Origin: Paecilomyces variotii
Lineage: Eukaryota
Assembly (NCBI GenBank): GCA_004022145.1
Contig: RCNU01000004.1
Reading direction: 5' to 3' (one strand)
DNA length: 64,000 bases
In this document: positions 60,871 to 64,000 of the stretch, one piece after another
How positions within the stretch are numbered: position 1 is the first letter of the stretch
Layout of the letters: the number at the start of each line of letters is the position of its first letter
Program-made: the position numbers and the translations under genes
Notes under the pieces: generated by a model
Told to the model about the DNA's origin: nothing
Database searches by the model: none
What the model saw: only the letters and a program-made list of their open reading frames with translations

Positions 60871-61019
60871 ATCTTCGCCTGAAGAAATACGAAGCTGGTG
60901 AAACGCTCTACAAAATCCTATCTCCATGTATTATGCCGACTGCTCCGTTCACACCGCGGAAATTACAAGAGCATGTCTTATCCTCTCCAAAATACAGGGT
61001 TTAAGGTTTACGGATAATC

Positions 61020-61170
61020 CAACTCTTACTGGACGATGGTGCTTCTATGTCAACCTTCCGCTGGGTGCGGTCCCTGCTACCGTGCTATTGTTCTTTCGAG
61101 GAAGTGAAGATGGGGGCAAAGTTAGCTTCATCGATCAGCTGAAACAGATGGATCTCTTCGGATCTCTGGG
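61020..61170 (+). pseudogene. Isolated fragment of a 14-TM (DHA2-type) MFS efflux transporter gene
   Basis: TGRWCFYVNLPLGAVPATVLLFF...SFIDQLKQMDLFG matches the WRWCFYINLP...LDxxG signature. No flanking transporter sequence is visible. Confidence 0.65.
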
Positions 61171-61786
61171 GGTGTCGGTGAAGAAGGGGACGGAGGAAAG
61201 TACCGGATCTGCATATAATAGGGTATTGACCATTCCTTGATACGAAGGACTAGAGTATAATAGATACATAATAATAGATGTTCAAAAAGTCAAGGCTCTT
61301 TGACAGACGCTTCTATGTCCTTGACTTCGTGTTTTATTTGAGCGTTTATTGCTGATCCTAGGAACAACAGATACTATGAGATTCAACATATATTTAAGTC
61401 CTTGTGTCTTGATTCTACTTTATCCAGATTGATTGCCTTGTTGGACCGGGCCACTTGCGACGAAATTGATTCTTACTGGACGTCCAGTGATGAGCAATGG
61501 GGTATCTGGTATAGATACAGATAATACACGGGGATTCTGATACTATATATACAACACATACCCCTCTTAATACCGCAATTGCAGTGATAATATATCCCGT
61601 ATTTAAACCAAGCCAAAATGTGCAAAATCGAAATCTAGGCTCTGGTAGCGGACAGTAACTACCAGTCTCGCAAACCATATTAGTGATATACAAGACATCC
61701 ATGAGCCCATTGCAGGAACCTCACATTGACTAAATAGCATTATAATACATCGTGACTATATCTTTCTTTTGAAGTAATCAACTAGC

Positions 61787-61905
61787 ACATACGACCATAG
61801 GGTGTGGAAAATAGGGCTTCCCGTCCGCTCAGCCGTACTCAAGCCACACGCCGGCAGGTTAGTAGTTGGGTGGGTGACCACCAGCGAATCCCTGCTGTTG
61901 TATGT
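61787..61905 (+). rRNA. 5S ribosomal RNA gene (dispersed copy)
   Basis: 119 nt, ACATACGACCATAGGGTGTGG...GTTAGTAGTTGGGTGGGTGACCACCAGCGAATCCCTGCTGTTGTATGT. The ends are complementary (helix I), there is a TATA at about -30, and T-runs follow immediately. Confidence 0.97.
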
Positions 61906-61919
61906 TTTTGTCTTTTTTT
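61905..61919 (+). terminator. RNA polymerase III terminator (oligo-T runs)
   Basis: TTTTTGTCTTTTTTT directly after the 5S sequence. Confidence 0.8.
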
Positions 61920-64000
61920 ATTATTTCCATATTATTTGGTCCTGTATATATCCGCGGGATGTTTGGTAAACAAAATAAAAGAGCTGCTGCCAGTGGGGTG
62001 TCTTGTTCGCGTCATAGAACGAACTGTGTCCAAATTAAATTCCCCATCCAGGACGATTGGCATACTTGGCAAGCAGACGGTCAAAATCGTTGTTAGATAT
62101 ATAGTGGCATTCATTCTGGTGGACTGGTCAAAACGGTGGATTCCGGTTTTGAATTCGAGTTTTAGGTTCTATTGGGTAAGGGATTCGAAAGGTTCCCTTG
62201 ATAGGGATATAGGCGAACTTCATGATTCTGAAAGAAGATATAGATCCCTCAAAGATCCTTCGTCTTTATCTGCAAGCTTTTTATCGGTCATGTCTGCTGC
62301 ACCACTGATGGGCACTAATTTATGCAATATGTATTGCATAGAGCAGATCGAAAGATAGTAGGGGGTTGACATTAGGAGTTTCAATAGGAAGCGTAATGAT
62401 CTCTTCTAAATTACTGCGCTGATCCTGGTTCCTATTCGACGATTTCGCATTCATTTCGATTGCCAGACCCTAGATCAGAAGGCAGTAAGGGAGGTGGTAT
62501 AGTAAGCTGGACGATTTTGGAATATTGATATGTCGGCATCTGGAAGAACTGCAAGCCTATTGCTTTCTTATCCCTAGATATAGAGCTAAGCAAAGCAAAC
62601 AACTTAACTAGCTACTAGCTGGAAGGTTCAAATCATACCGTTGCTTCTGTGCCATTTAAGAGTCGACACGATGTAATTGAGAGAAGTTATCAACCCAGCT
62701 TATAATTGGAAGCCTCTGAATCAATTTCCTATTAGCCTATGTATGCCTCTATCTCTGCGTGGCGCCAGCGACCTCAAATCACGTCTGATACACCTCGGAC
62801 TTTGCCAGCGCGGAGAATATCCCTCTTGTATGATATGGGGTGAACCTGAATAGTTATCGCGGCTGCGGGGGTAACTTACCTTTGAATTGGTATTATTGCT
62901 TTGAGTCGAGACGTGTAATAGGAGAGACAGTGTAAACAAATAGATCAAATGAATTTGATTGGTATTGGAAAGGTAATTTTATATTCATAAAGCCTCGATC
63001 TGGTCCCTATACCAAGTAGTACGTTTCCTATTCCGGGTAGAAGCTCGCTCGTATGTTAAGATTCTCATTCTTTCCCTTTGACTTCGTAACGTAATGTTAG
63101 CTGTGATTATTCATAAGATGTAATTCGGGGGACGTATTCACCGTCCTCGATATTACGTTCGTCAACATCATATGTGAAAGATTCTAGCCCCCGTCCTCTG
63201 CTCTGGGCTCATGAGCGTACGAGATTAACGTATATGCTTGAAGCAGCTTGTTAGAATGTCTGGTTAGGTCGGGGTATTATTGGCAGCAAGACATGTCATA
63301 TGAACATGGTTCGGCATAAGCAATATAATTATTCTTCAAGCATAAGCTCGGCATCGAACACAGTGAAGCCGCTGAATTTAAAACGATGTTAGAAATCCAA
63401 GTATTCTCAGAGTCATTCTAAGAGGTAGGACGTCTCCAATCCTGCTTTGGATATTATCTCCCGCAGCGAATTAGAAGACCTCCAGTTCCTCTCGAATACC
63501 TTCCACTTAGCGTCGAGTTTCCTATTTGTCCGAGGCATGTTGAATTTGAAGAAAAGAAACTCTATATCTCCTGCGGGGTCGCGGGGCTGAATGGGGCACA
63601 GCACTAAGAAAGTATAGACGAGTCAAGAAAATCGCCGCATAGCTTTCGCTGATACATTTATCTATTTACTGTACCTAGCAGATTCGTACTTTCTGATGAT
63701 CATGATTGGAAGACAAGAGATAGTCTCTAGGGGCTGGCTCCCGCATTAGATATCCAAGACAAGAATGGTGATAGGTCTGGTTGAATCTCGAGCCATTTGG
63801 AGGACATACGATGGACACTTGGTGTATATGAAATGAAATGAGCACAAGATTATCCAGGTTCTCGAGGACCTATTATGTATCCGTTCTACTGCGGTATTTA
63901 CCCCCCGATTTGATCGGGAGGAGAGGATCGACGTGTCGACTTCACCAACAAAGGCAAGGCATTCAACTACTATGAAGCACGTCTTGGGTCAACTTGAGAG

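Noticed and set aside
61804..62358. 184-aa ORF starting inside the 5S gene
   Set aside because: It overlaps the rRNA and the Pol III terminator, starts at GTG and has no recognisable motifs.
61787..64000. A Starship or other element inserted in the 5S gene
   Set aside because: The 5S gene is full length with its terminator. No captain recombinase, transposase, terminal repeat or target-site duplication is visible in the window.

Overview
Gene-dense stretch of a filamentous ascomycete genome, most likely Eurotiales (Aspergillus/Paecilomyces-like). That assignment rests on short GT-AG introns with CTRAC-type branch points, a dispersed 5S rRNA gene and the protein families present. Bases 1 to ~59.9 kb carry about 18 apparently intact, mostly intron-containing genes: a DUF4045 protein (partial), ARL2, a GNAT acetyltransferase with an N-terminal tandem repeat, DRS1, LEU4, a DIP2/Cps1-family protein, RPS5, SDA1, a Spd1/Dif1-like protein, LHS1, a DHA1 MFS transporter, a GPI-anchored Thr/Cys-repeat wall protein, DML1/Misato, a coiled-coil protein, a DUF2347/DUF4484 protein, an EBP sterol isomerase, a 1749-aa DH-like protein and an SDR-polysaccharide deacetylase fusion. 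A decayed Zn2Cys6 gene lies at ~22.6-23.1 kb. From ~60.1 kb to the end there are no intact proteins, only a TPR relic, an MFS fragment and broken reading frames around an intact 5S gene. I found no transposase, recombinase, CRISPR array or biosynthetic backbone gene, and I cannot claim a new multi-gene system. The most interesting observations are a wall-protein gene built from duplicated exon+intron cassettes, the SDR-CE4 fusion, a strongly self-complementary RPS5 intron, and the decayed region around the 5S gene. All family calls come from motif recognition by eye; no database searches were run.
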